In this document: positions 20,001 through 30,251 of the stretch, piece after piece
Numbering within the stretch: the stretch's first letter is position 1
Layout: every line of letters begins with the position of its first letter
Source of the DNA: Promethearchaeota archaeon
GTDB taxonomy: Archaea; Asgardarchaeota; Lokiarchaeia; Sigyniarchaeales; SOKP01
DNA: 64,000 nt
Reading direction: 5' to 3'
NCBI GenBank assembly: GCA_019058445.1
Contig: JAHPZA010000010.1
Span: 384,001 to 448,000 of the forward strand
Notes under the pieces: model-generated
What the model was told of the DNA's origin: nothing
The model's input: only the letters and a program-made list of their open reading frames with translations
Databases searched by the model: none
Translations under genes and position numbers: made by a program

Positions 20001-21026
20001 TTATAATTTTTCCACTTTTTCTTTTTTTCCTGATTCTGAAGACTTGTATAAAGCTTTAATTAAACACAAAACTTTAGAACTTTCTTCGACAGTATTAAAA
20101 AAAGGTATATCTTCTAGAACCCAATTAGCAAAAGCATTAACGCATTCGCTAATATCGGAATTATTTTGCACATAGTCTTTTGCACTAAAATCTTCAACAC
20201 CATACCATTTTATTGAAGAGTGTGGCCATGGTCCCTCATAATAGCAACTCCCTTTCTCTCCAAAGATATTTAATTCAACTCGATCACTTATTCTTCTTTT
20301 TAGAGGTTTAATAATCATGGAATCATTAATTTGGCCATAACTCCTATTATTAAATTCAACAATTCCAAATCCGATATCTTCGACTTCAATATCGGTGAAT
20401 TTTAGATTATCAATTCGACCCATAACAGAAATGGGTTTTCCTAAGGTCCATATCATTATGTCTATTATATGGGATCCATGAGTTAATAATGTACCACCAC
20501 CTGACGTTTTCAAATTTGATCTCCATGGTCCCTCATTAAGATATTTCTGATTACGACTGAAATAAATATTACAATTTGCATAATAAATTTTCCCTAAATG
20601 TCCCTGATTAACACCGTTGGCTAAATTATAGCAATTATAATCATATCTATATTGATAATTAAATCCAATCTTCAAATTTGAATATTTTTTATCTAATGAG
20701 TATATCTCACGAGCATTTTCGATTGAAGTTGTAACCGGTTTTTCACAAAAGACATGTTTTCCTTCCTCGAGAGCTTCTTTTATCATCGGTTTATGAAGGT
20801 GATGAGGAGTCGCAATATACACCGCATCAATATTTTCATTTTTATAGAAAGTCTTGGTATTCGTATAAGAATGTTCTTTTCCTGCGATATTATATGCTTT
20901 TTCAATAGTATGATCTACAGCTGCTACGATCTTTATAGTATTAATGTTTTCGGTCAGAGCTTTGAAATAATAGGTCATTAGACCACATCCAATAATGCCT
21001 AGATTTAATTGTTGAGTTTTAACTAT
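20001..21026 (-). CDS. Gfo/Idh/MocA (ThuB-like) oxidoreductase; true start probably ATA at 21026
   Basis: ATPHHLH, CEKP, GGGTLLTHGSH; the Rossmann motif LGIIGCG lies upstream of the first ATG (20978). Confidence 0.85.
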   Translation of the reverse strand: MVKTQQLNLGIIGCGLMTYYFKALTENINTIKIVAAVDHTIEKAYNIAGKEHSYTNTKTFYKNENIDAVYIATPHHLHKPMIKEALEEGKHVFCEKPVTTSIENAREIYSLDKKYSNLKIGFNYQYRYDYNCYNLANGVNQGHLGKIYYANCNIYFSRNQKYLNEGPWRSNLKTSGGGTLLTHGSHIIDIMIWTLGKPISVMGRIDNLKFTDIEVEDIGFGIVEFNNRSYGQINDSMIIKPLKRRISDRVELNIFGEKGSCYYEGPWPHSSIKWYGVEDFSAKDYVQNNSDISECVNAFANWVLEDIPFFNTVEESSKVLCLIKALYKSSESGKKEKVEKL

Positions 21027-21045
21027 GATAAATCACCCGATACTA

Positions 21046-21675
21046 TTATGCATTTAATACCCATTCAACGGAATTTCTTATAATAGACTGAAAAATTTCT
21101 TCTTTTAAAGATAAATTTCTATGACCTAAAGCGCAAAAAAAGACTTTCCCTTTTCCATATGGTTTTACCCACATAATTGGTTCAGGATCTGGATCATCTG
21201 GATCATTATAGTCTGCTTCAGCAAGTACATGAAGATCTTTGGTCATTGAAAAATCATGGCGATAAGGTTCATCTTTAAATGTAAAGTTACTTAAACCTTT
21301 TGTAATTTGATGATTAGAATCTATAATTCTGATATCAAATTTATTTTGCTCTTTATGTCCAATAAATTTTCCTCCAAGCATTTCAAAATATTTAGGATGT
21401 GATTTAAAGGATGCAGAAGCTCCATGTAATCCGATAAAACCTTTTCCACTGGAGACAAATTCAAGAACGTTATTTTCTTGCTCATCAGTGAATTCACCTT
21501 CTTGAGAGAAAAATATCATTGTAGAGTATTCAAAAAAATCTCTATTAGAGAAAATATCAACACTCTCATAACTATCAACGTCATAATTGTCCAAGATACT
21601 TTGAAATGCTTTATGATTCTTTTCCATCCCAAAATATCTTCCCCCTTGAAATAACAGAATTTTTTTCCTAATCAT
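21046..21675 (-). CDS. ThuA-like (trehalose utilisation, GATase-fold) protein
   Basis: GKGFIGLHGAS, MLGGKFIGH, DEPY, WVKPYGKGKVFFCALGH. Confidence 0.85.
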   Translation of the reverse strand: MIRKKILLFQGGRYFGMEKNHKAFQSILDNYDVDSYESVDIFSNRDFFEYSTMIFFSQEGEFTDEQENNVLEFVSSGKGFIGLHGASASFKSHPKYFEMLGGKFIGHKEQNKFDIRIIDSNHQITKGLSNFTFKDEPYRHDFSMTKDLHVLAEADYNDPDDPDPEPIMWVKPYGKGKVFFCALGHRNLSLKEEIFQSIIRNSVEWVLNA

Positions 21676-21725
21676 TGATTGAGAAAATGAAAATTGCTTT
21701 AATATTTATTTTATATTATTATATA

Positions 21726-23090
21726 ATGAATGCTAACCCATCCGACAAAAAATTTGAGCCTTTTACCTATAAGTCTTTAGAAGTTCTTAGAGAAAAATTT
21801 GAGGAGTTAGGTTTAGATATTCCAGTTAGTCAAGATATCGAAGTGCTCCAAAACAACATAGAAACTAAGAAGATTTTAATACCAAATCGATTATCAATAC
21901 AACCAATGGAAGGTTTTGATGCTCATGATGATGGGAGTCCCGGAGAACTAACATTAAGAAGATATACACGATATGCAGATGGAGGAGCTGGTTTAATATG
22001 GATCGAGGCAACTTCAATTGCGAAGGATTGCCGGTCAAATCCACATCAATTAATGCTCACTGAACAAAATCTTGAAAAATTTAGAGATTTTGTTTCAGTA
22101 ATTAGAGCACGATGCAATGAAACCCTAAAATCCTTAGGATTTAAGGACAAATGTGTTCTATTAATACAATTAAACCATTCAGGGAGATATTCAAAACTTG
22201 GTTTAGAAAAATTTCCAATTAGAACCTATCATAATGTCGATTTGGATACTGCGATAGGAGTGTCTAAAAAAAATGGAATGATAATTTCTGATGATGAATT
22301 ACAAGAACTTGAAAATATATGGGTTAGCAAAGCAATTTTAGCGAAAGAAGCTGGATTCGACGGAGTTGATATAAAAGCATGTCATGGATATATTATAAGC
22401 GAATTATTGGATGCGAGAAACCGGAAAAACTCAATATATGGAGGCCCCTCATTAGAAAATAGAGCACGATTTTTCCTAAATATAATTAAGAGGTTAAAAT
22501 CCAAACTAGATGATTTCATTTTAACAAGTCGCTTAGGGATATATAATGGAATTCCTTATCCAAATGGATTCGGCGTAAGAGAAGTTGAAAATCAAAATTT
22601 TCCTGCTGAAGCTGACCTTAAAGAGCCAATTCAGTTAATTAATCAATTACACAAACTAGGGATATCACTTATTAATATATCAGTCGGAAATCCTCATTAT
22701 ACCCCACATCTTACTAGACCTTTTGATACTCCCTTAAAAGGAGCTAAATTACCAGAGGAACATCCCTTGTTTAGTTTATATCGTATTCTTTATTTAACCT
22801 CTCTTATAAAACATCAAATTCCTAAAGGTATGATTATGATTGGTTCTGGATATTCCTATCTACGTCAATTTGCGGGATATATTGCAGCTGGTCTGGTAAA
22901 AAATAATATGGTTGATATATGTGGATTTGGCAGGATGGCTATTGCGAATCCCAACTTTCCACGACAAATTTTTCAAAATGGAGTGATTGATAAAAATCAA
23001 GTATGTATTGCTTGCTCTCAATGTTCTGGATTTATGAGACAAGGTATAAAAACGGGTTGTGCTATTCGGGACCCCCTATATAAGAATTAA
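21726..23090 (+). CDS. NADH:flavin oxidoreductase (Old Yellow Enzyme family) with C-terminal Cys cluster
   Basis: QPMEG, QLNHSGR, DIKACHGY, CIACSQC...C; ATG 21726 is more plausible than the TTG overlapping the ThuA start. Confidence 0.85.
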   Translation: MNANPSDKKFEPFTYKSLEVLREKFEELGLDIPVSQDIEVLQNNIETKKILIPNRLSIQPMEGFDAHDDGSPGELTLRRYTRYADGGAGLIWIEATSIAKDCRSNPHQLMLTEQNLEKFRDFVSVIRARCNETLKSLGFKDKCVLLIQLNHSGRYSKLGLEKFPIRTYHNVDLDTAIGVSKKNGMIISDDELQELENIWVSKAILAKEAGFDGVDIKACHGYIISELLDARNRKNSIYGGPSLENRARFFLNIIKRLKSKLDDFILTSRLGIYNGIPYPNGFGVREVENQNFPAEADLKEPIQLINQLHKLGISLINISVGNPHYTPHLTRPFDTPLKGAKLPEEHPLFSLYRILYLTSLIKHQIPKGMIMIGSGYSYLRQFAGYIAAGLVKNNMVDICGFGRMAIANPNFPRQIFQNGVIDKNQVCIACSQCSGFMRQGIKTGCAIRDPLYKN

Positions 23091-23092
23091 TT

Positions 23093-25117
23093 TTATTGAA
23101 AAATTGAACCATTAGTGAAATCTTTCCAGATATTTTCGAACCAACCAAACTCATTTGGAATGTCTCTTACTTTTTCCCATTCGAATTTAATTATTCCTGC
23201 TTGAGATTGGATTGTCTGAATTTCGCCTTTAAGAATATTATCACTCATTATAAACTTGAATTGTATCAAATCTCCAGGAGGAATAACATATCTCTCATTA
23301 AATGATTCATTAAGTTTATCTCTAATAATTAGATATGAACCCCGACTTTTCCCATTAGATTCATGAAAGTTTAAAATGGATTCCAAGATGTATTGTTGAG
23401 TAAGGAGCGCATCTCGTATTCGTAAATATTCAATAATCTCATTATTATTTTGTAAAATTAGTAGTGTGTTAAGATTGTATATCTGTTTAATTACATTCTT
23501 TCCCTCCTCGAATAGATCTTTTACGGGTCTAATAATACCTCCAAATTTTGACATTCGATCTTGGATTGTTTCCCAAAATTGAGGAGGAGCCATTTGATCT
23601 ATATTCATAAGTGATTTTTTGAATAGAACAGAGTTAATATTCTTGATAATTAAGCTTAATTCAGGGGCAATAAGTTGTAGAAATTCATCTCTGTTCAGAG
23701 ATTCCATTTTCATGTACACGTTTCCAATTTTCTGTGCTGCTCTTAAACCTCCCACTTGACCAGAATTTAAAGCAGAACCTCCAGGTCTATAAATCCCGTG
23801 ACTTCCATTTGTTTCTCCAATGGCAAAGAGATGTTTAATATTTGTTTCCCACCAAATGTCTCCTGAAATTCCACCATTTAAGTGTTGATTACAAACAGCT
23901 ATTTGTAAATATTCCTTGGAGATATCAATCCCATTTTCGATATATAATTGTATTGCTTTTGGATTTAACAGTTTAAGTCTATCGAGCGGTGTGCTGGCCA
24001 GAGCATTTGAATTACTTAAATATTCTATAGTGATAGGATCTAACATGGTTTCTTCATAGTTCACAGGATTTTGAGTAAAATCAAGGTATACTTTATTATC
24101 TAAAATTTCCGTCTCATAATAAACAGCAAGATCAATAAGAGAAGAACCAAAATTTTCAATTCTTTCGGCATTAAATGGCCATTGATATCCTTTTAAAAAA
24201 ATAGCTTTAGAAAGTTGATGAAATGAAGGAAAATATTTTTCAAGGAATTCTATTTCATTTCCATTTTTATCTATGGAAACATATCTAGGTATTACCTGCT
24301 GATAAGAGCCAGAGACATTCCATCTAAATTTTATTGAGGCTAATCCAAATTGGGATTCAGTTAAATTTTGAAGCTTACATCCCGCTTTAATAGCAAGACC
24401 TAAGCTTCCTCTCTGAGATTCTGGGTAAACTGAATGTTTATATAAAGCTGCAGGACCTCCTGTTGCCATGATAATATTCCTAGCTTTAAAAATTTTAATG
24501 GAATTAATAATATTTTCCAAGTTCTTTTCTGATGCTAATTCATCTGTTTTAATACATATAACACCAATTGCTTCGCTTCTCTTTTTGGTATTATCAACCA
24601 ATATATTTAACGCGTAATGGTTATCAAATATTACAATATCTTTTTTTTGAACTTCTTTTAATAAGCATTTACCCATCTTTTGAGAGGTAAATGGGCCAAT
24701 AGAGGTTGCACGTTGTTTTGGGTCATTATCCGTTTTATATCCAACAAATCCACCAAATTGATCATGAGGAAATGGCACTCCTAGTTGCACTAAATGAAAG
24801 AACTCTCTAATTGAATTCGTAGCCTCAATTAAGGCAATGTCACCATGCATCGCACCTCTTGCACATAAATCATTAGCCATTTCAACCGGAGAGTCCAATT
24901 GGTCTCCAATTAAAGACACTTTGTAATAAGTTTGCTTGTCAGAGCCACTATTAAACGAAGTACCTCCTCCTAATTTCTCAGTGATTATCGCAATTTTTGA
25001 ATGATCTATCCCCTCATCTACTAAATGAATTGCGCAATTAAGACCCGCAGCACCAGAGCCAATTATTATTGTATTGAATTCTTTAATTTCAAAATCTTCG
25101 ATATTAATATCTGTCAT
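23093..25117 (-). CDS. FAD-dependent oxidoreductase of the SdhA/FrdA/NadB flavoprotein superfamily, substrate unknown
   Basis: IIGSGAAG, ATGG, QHLNGG, GETNGSHGIYRPGGSAL; no Fe-S or membrane subunits adjacent. Confidence 0.8.
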   Translation of the reverse strand: MTDINIEDFEIKEFNTIIIGSGAAGLNCAIHLVDEGIDHSKIAIITEKLGGGTSFNSGSDKQTYYKVSLIGDQLDSPVEMANDLCARGAMHGDIALIEATNSIREFFHLVQLGVPFPHDQFGGFVGYKTDNDPKQRATSIGPFTSQKMGKCLLKEVQKKDIVIFDNHYALNILVDNTKKRSEAIGVICIKTDELASEKNLENIINSIKIFKARNIIMATGGPAALYKHSVYPESQRGSLGLAIKAGCKLQNLTESQFGLASIKFRWNVSGSYQQVIPRYVSIDKNGNEIEFLEKYFPSFHQLSKAIFLKGYQWPFNAERIENFGSSLIDLAVYYETEILDNKVYLDFTQNPVNYEETMLDPITIEYLSNSNALASTPLDRLKLLNPKAIQLYIENGIDISKEYLQIAVCNQHLNGGISGDIWWETNIKHLFAIGETNGSHGIYRPGGSALNSGQVGGLRAAQKIGNVYMKMESLNRDEFLQLIAPELSLIIKNINSVLFKKSLMNIDQMAPPQFWETIQDRMSKFGGIIRPVKDLFEEGKNVIKQIYNLNTLLILQNNNEIIEYLRIRDALLTQQYILESILNFHESNGKSRGSYLIIRDKLNESFNERYVIPPGDLIQFKFIMSDNILKGEIQTIQSQAGIIKFEWEKVRDIPNEFGWFENIWKDFTNGSIFQ

Positions 25118-25178
25118 ACTTAATTATAATGTAAGGTATAAGTATCATATAAAAAACTGATTATTATCTGTTGTCAAA

Positions 25179-25673
25179 ATGAATAAGATGTATAAATGGA
25201 AAATAAAAGATACATTTATTATTGATTTTTTTTTTATTATATCCTTTATTGGGATTATAATTTTACTTGGTATTATATCAATATTCTATTTAATAATTTT
25301 TACTTTGTTTTATATTCTAATGAATTTATTATTAGCAATTATTTGTCATGATTGTCCTCATCAAGGGCATTTCTGTCCTGGAATCAGTCAACTACTATTT
25401 GGTGCTCTACTCTCAAAAAAGCTTATTAAAAAAGAAAAGATAAGCCGAAAAATGATAAGAATTACTTTGATATTTTATGCGATAATAGGAATGGGTACCT
25501 TTATTGTTGCCTTTCTTGTGATAATTATTTTACTATGGTCATCTTTATTTTGGATTACATTAATTCCTCCCATCTGCTACATTATATATAGCATAATAGC
25601 ATGGCCAATTTTATGTCCAAAATGTAACAATAAAGATAATTGCCCAGTAAAAAATTTTAAAGAGTATTTCTAA
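25179..25673 (+). CDS. Four-TM membrane protein with two Cys clusters
   Basis: Hydrophobic helices; CHDCPHQGHFC and CPKCNNKDNCP. Confidence 0.7.
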   Translation: MNKMYKWKIKDTFIIDFFFIISFIGIIILLGIISIFYLIIFTLFYILMNLLLAIICHDCPHQGHFCPGISQLLFGALLSKKLIKKEKISRKMIRITLIFYAIIGMGTFIVAFLVIIILLWSSLFWITLIPPICYIIYSIIAWPILCPKCNNKDNCPVKNFKEYF

Positions 25674-25686
25674 GCCCTGATAGAAA

Positions 25687-26490
25687 TTATAATCGACGGA
25701 TATGAAAGCCACCATCTATATCTATAATGGTTCCAGTAGAATATGGCAGTAATCCACTCACAATCGCTATAACTGGTTTGGCGATATCTATGGGTTTTCC
25801 CCATTGTTTGATTGGAGTAAGCCCTTCATTAATAAGCTTATCATATTTTTCATGGATGTTTTCGGTCATTGGAGTGTCTATGATCCCCGGAGAAATTTCA
25901 AATACAGGAATTTCATGATCTGATAATCTTTCCGCAAACAATTTCGTCATCATACTCATTCCAGCTTTTGAAATACAATATTCTCCTCTATTTCTTGAAG
26001 TAGTATATCTACTAAGGGAAGAAATATTAATAATGTACGGTTGATATTCTTCTGTTAGTAATTGTTTGAGCTCAATCATCCATTTAGCTATAAGTTGGGT
26101 TAAGAAATAAGGGCCTTTAAGATTTATAGCCATTACTCTGTCATAGGAATCCTCACTTGTCTCTAAAATATCTTTTCTCTCCTTAGGAGCAACTCCAGCA
26201 TTATTTACCAACACATCAATTCGATTAAATTTATCTTTAATAAGATTGACTAATTTATTCCGATCCTCTGCCTTACTTACATCAGATTGAATAAAAATGT
26301 ATCTTTGCTCGAATTGCTTTCCATATATCTCCTTTAGTGCTGATAAATAATTCTCTGATAAGCTATTAGTTGTTGCTCCATTTATTACTACATTGAATCC
26401 AATTTTAGCTAACTCTAAAACAATCGCTTTCCCTATACCATGTGTACTACCAGTTACACACGCAATTTTATGTTCACTAAAATTAGTCAT
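25687..26490 (-). CDS. Short-chain dehydrogenase/reductase
   Basis: TGSTHGIG, NNAG, YCISK. Confidence 0.9.
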   Translation of the reverse strand: MTNFSEHKIACVTGSTHGIGKAIVLELAKIGFNVVINGATTNSLSENYLSALKEIYGKQFEQRYIFIQSDVSKAEDRNKLVNLIKDKFNRIDVLVNNAGVAPKERKDILETSEDSYDRVMAINLKGPYFLTQLIAKWMIELKQLLTEEYQPYIINISSLSRYTTSRNRGEYCISKAGMSMMTKLFAERLSDHEIPVFEISPGIIDTPMTENIHEKYDKLINEGLTPIKQWGKPIDIAKPVIAIVSGLLPYSTGTIIDIDGGFHIRRL

Positions 26491-26522
26491 TATAAAATTA
26501 GATTGTATTTAATTAAAACAAA

Positions 26523-27320
26523 TTAGCTTAATTTGATTTCATTTGCAGTATCATAAAGATAGTTAAAATAAAAGGTGGCCGCTGGGGCGAAGGCGATATG
26601 ATCAGTAAGCACTCCAAAATATGATGGTTTCTCAAAGAATTTTTGAGTTAGAACTATAAATGCGTCCTCTCCTTCATCAATCACGACAGCCATTCCAAAG
26701 ACCTGATCTCGAGATTTGATTTCGGAGATTTCATTATACTTTTTTAAAATTTCTTTATATTTTTTATCCTCTAAAGCATGATCTTCAACTAATAATTTGA
26801 TGTTTGTAACCCCTCTAGCTCTTGCTTTCTTCATATCCTCATAAAAAATTTCTAGTAGTTCAAAGTCAGAAGACACGATAAATATTGATGTTTTAGCAAG
26901 ATTAATTAAAGATATGGATCTATTTAGACAAATATCACGCCCTCTATGAATATATAATCCAATTTTAATCGGAGTGTCATGTGATTCATAGATCGGAGTG
27001 AGGGTATGAATAATTTTATTGGAATTTTTATCAAAATTATCATTATATTGTTTTTTTGCGATTATAAGTGCTTCGTCTGGACTTTTCGCAAAATATCTGG
27101 ACGGTCTTGATTCTTCTTCCTTAATAATCCACATTTTATCTTTTTCGAGCTGTGTGAGAATATTATATATCCGAGAATAGGGCACACCAGAAGCTTCTGA
27201 CAGTTCTCGAGCATCCATCGGACCTTTTGAGATTAGTGTGAGATAAATTGATATTTCATAATCAGTAAGTCCTATGTCTCTAAGGGCGTCCTTAACCGAA
27301 TCAGGGATTTCATTTGACAT
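26523..27320 (-). CDS. TrmB family transcriptional regulator
   Basis: GLTDYE...SGVPYSRIYNIL wHTH plus effector domain. Confidence 0.9.
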   Translation of the reverse strand: MSNEIPDSVKDALRDIGLTDYEISIYLTLISKGPMDARELSEASGVPYSRIYNILTQLEKDKMWIIKEEESRPSRYFAKSPDEALIIAKKQYNDNFDKNSNKIIHTLTPIYESHDTPIKIGLYIHRGRDICLNRSISLINLAKTSIFIVSSDFELLEIFYEDMKKARARGVTNIKLLVEDHALEDKKYKEILKKYNEISEIKSRDQVFGMAVVIDEGEDAFIVLTQKFFEKPSYFGVLTDHIAFAPAATFYFNYLYDTANEIKLS

Positions 27321-27456
27321 GATTAGTACCTTTGCTTTATATAAATATTAGTTTATACAGTTTAAGACATTTTTAAATATATATAATATTACTTCATCAC
27401 TAAATAATTTTTATTTTTAGTCTAAATAAAAGAATCTATTTAAGACATGTTTTTTT

Positions 27457-29076
27457 TCATGATGAAAAATATTTCTCTACAAATTGTTTCCGCATAAATT
27501 CTGGATCTTCACCATTTCTTAATATATAGTCTTCGCATTTTTTATATAGAATCACCATTTCATCATACAAATCCCTATTTTTAAGTTTAGGGGTGATTTC
27601 TATAGTCGATTGCGAGTTCAAGAATTTAGATACTATTATGTTCCAGTTTTTCCCTTTTTTGATGAAATCATAGTACGATTTAAGAGATCTGAACGCCGCA
27701 CCTAAAGCGGCAGAATCTGTAATATTAAATTGACGAATTGGAGTTTGAAAAATGTCAGCTGCTACTTGTAAAATATCGTTATTTACCGAACCACCTCCAG
27801 TAGCATAAATATCCTGAGGCTTTTCACTAATCCATTGTGAATGAAGTCTCATTGATAAGAATTGAGCCTCTATGATTCCTCTTACGTTTCCTTCAATATC
27901 ATTCTCATTAAGACCAAATCTATAAACTTTCGGTTCTAACACTAATGGAACTATTTCAGGAAAAAAGTAGGGTAATATCACTTTTCCATTATTTCCCGGT
28001 GGAGATCTTTTTAGTAATTCAGAGAATTTATCCCAATTAAGATTAAACTTTTCTTTAATTTTTTCTCTTGCTAAGGAACCGTTTTTATAGCAAATTAAAC
28101 TCATATAATCCCCGGTGGGAGCTCCAAATACGTGTCCTTCACCACTTAAATCTAAGTGAAGTTTTTTCATGTAGCCAAAATATGTATCGCTTGTCCCTAA
28201 ACTAATTGCGACTTTCCCTTTATCGATTAATCCTACTCCGATTAAGCTATTAGGATTATCACCTGACCATGCAACTAATATCATATCAGGATCAAATCCA
28301 AATTTCTTAATAAAATAAGGTGAGATTTTACCGATGATATTATAGGAGTCTCTAAGGGGCGGTAATTTCTCTCTTAAATTAGGGGCAGTTGCATTTAATG
28401 CTCGATTATCCCATTGTTTGGTTTGAATATTCATAAGATTCATTCCTGCACCATCTCCGTGATCTATAGGAGCATTTTTTCCTAAAAGAATAGTAGCCAT
28501 ATAAGAGCTGACTAAGTGAATAATTGAGGTTTGAAGATACCCCTCTGGATTTTCTTGATAGAATTTACGAATTTGGGGTCCAGAAAATCTTTCAAAAGTA
28601 TTTGAACCAGTTATTTTAATAGTTTCCTTCAAACCACCAAGACTCTTTCTAATTTCCTCACATTGTCTAGTAGTGCTAGAATCCATCCATATAGGGCTAG
28701 TTTGTCTACTGAAGCATCCCTTAAGTTGATTTATTATAGCGTCCTTCGGATTTAACGCTTGAAGTGCATGCTCGAATTTGTTATTCAAATACACAGTGCC
28801 ATGTTGCTGTCCAGATCCAGATATTGCCTTAATATTTTCGATTGAAATGTGATTTGAAATTTTATCAAATATTAACTCAAGTGCCTCTACCCACATGAGA
28901 GGAAAAGAATGGACCACTTTCTCATTCTCTAAAATAATAATCCCATTAGTAGTGTTATATTGTGGTAACTCTTTATCGAAGTTTATTGAAACCTTGTAAA
29001 TAATGGAAGAAGAATCAACGATTATGCCAGTTAGGCTCTGAGTTGAGCAATCTAATCCTAAGAAATAATCGCTCAT
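27457..29076 (-). CDS. xylB: Xylulokinase, eukaryote-type FGGY kinase
   Basis: LGLDCSTQS, SGSGQQHG, ERFSGPQIRK, GDNPNSL, ISLGTSDT, CYKNGSLARE, TGGGS. Confidence 0.85.
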   Translation of the reverse strand: MSDYFLGLDCSTQSLTGIIVDSSSIIYKVSINFDKELPQYNTTNGIIILENEKVVHSFPLMWVEALELIFDKISNHISIENIKAISGSGQQHGTVYLNNKFEHALQALNPKDAIINQLKGCFSRQTSPIWMDSSTTRQCEEIRKSLGGLKETIKITGSNTFERFSGPQIRKFYQENPEGYLQTSIIHLVSSYMATILLGKNAPIDHGDGAGMNLMNIQTKQWDNRALNATAPNLREKLPPLRDSYNIIGKISPYFIKKFGFDPDMILVAWSGDNPNSLIGVGLIDKGKVAISLGTSDTYFGYMKKLHLDLSGEGHVFGAPTGDYMSLICYKNGSLAREKIKEKFNLNWDKFSELLKRSPPGNNGKVILPYFFPEIVPLVLEPKVYRFGLNENDIEGNVRGIIEAQFLSMRLHSQWISEKPQDIYATGGGSVNNDILQVAADIFQTPIRQFNITDSAALGAAFRSLKSYYDFIKKGKNWNIIVSKFLNSQSTIEITPKLKNRDLYDEMVILYKKCEDYILRNGEDPEFMRKQFVEKYFSS

Positions 29077-29215
29077 AATAAAATTAATATTCTTCTTTAT
29101 TTTTGAATCATTTGTAATTCTAGCTTTAAATTTATAATGAAATTTAAAATTAGGACGTATTTACGGAGTATAAACTTGAAGGGACTCAGCGGATTACTTC
29201 TGTTTTAGGAAGTTT

Positions 29216-29905
29216 TTACGATATCGGTTTTCCGCAGTTATTACAAAATTTACTATTATCCCTTAAATCATTTCCGCAATGGACACAAGTTAGGATTTTA
29301 GGCAAATCTTCTTCTTCAGAAGGTTCTTCATCTTTAGGAAGTTCCTGCGATAGGGGTTTTCCACAGCCCATGCAGAATTTATCATTTTCTTTTACTAGGT
29401 ATCCACAATATTTACATTTTGGGATATCGGGTTTATCATCTGCTTTAGCAGGCTCTTCAGCTTCAAGAAGATCTTGTGAGAGAGGTTTTCCACAATTGGT
29501 ACAGAATTTACTATTCTCTTTAATAGGATTCCCACAATGTTTACATTTGGGAAGTTGGGGTATGTCTTCTGCTTTAGGTGTTTCTTCTGTCTTAAATGTT
29601 TCTTCAGTTTTAGATATTACTTCTTTCTTGGGAGTTATTTCTGCTTTAAAAATTTCCATAGATTTCGGAAGATCCTTAGAGACAGGTTTTCCACATTTCG
29701 TACAAAATTTAGCATTTTCTTTTAAGGTTACTCCGCAAAATTTGCATTTAAGAATTTCAGTTGCTTTTTTAGGCTCAGAAATCTCTTCAATTTCAGTTTC
29801 AGGATAATATCGGGGTATAGGCTTCCCACAATTAGAACAAACTTCAGCATTTTCTTCGATTTCTCTCCCGCAGCCCTCGCAATAGAAAACCATTTTTAAT
29901 ATCAC
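29216..29905 (-). CDS. Five-fold zinc-ribbon (DZR-type) repeat protein
   Basis: Five CxxCG-x6-7-(F/V)CxxCGKP units joined by acidic/Pro linkers. Confidence 0.85.
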   Translation of the reverse strand: MILKMVFYCEGCGREIEENAEVCSNCGKPIPRYYPETEIEEISEPKKATEILKCKFCGVTLKENAKFCTKCGKPVSKDLPKSMEIFKAEITPKKEVISKTEETFKTEETPKAEDIPQLPKCKHCGNPIKENSKFCTNCGKPLSQDLLEAEEPAKADDKPDIPKCKYCGYLVKENDKFCMGCGKPLSQELPKDEEPSEEEDLPKILTCVHCGNDLRDNSKFCNNCGKPIS

Positions 29906-30251
29906 ATTCTTTTGTTTTTACAATACATCAGAAACTATAATTAGACAATAAAATTCCATCGATATAAAATTACGGTTTTTGAAAATCATTTCTATAGTTG
30001 ATATTTTTAAAAAAAATACTAATTATATAAACACTATTTTGATGTACTCAAAAATAAATAAAATTACTTTTTTAATTAAATACCACAAATAGATAGAGAA
30101 ATTAGTCAAGATCAATTAGAGAATCGACAAAAAAATTACTAAAACGGAAAATTAAAATACGAATTTGCATAATTTAATAATCAAGAGTATATGAAATGAT
30201 AATATTTCATAAAAAAGTTATGAATAATTTAATAAAGATTTATAATTTCAC

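Noticed and set aside
23093-25117. Calling the flavoprotein succinate dehydrogenase or L-aspartate oxidase
   Set aside because: No SdhB/C/D or nadA/nadC neighbours, and active-site segments are divergent; only the superfamily is supported
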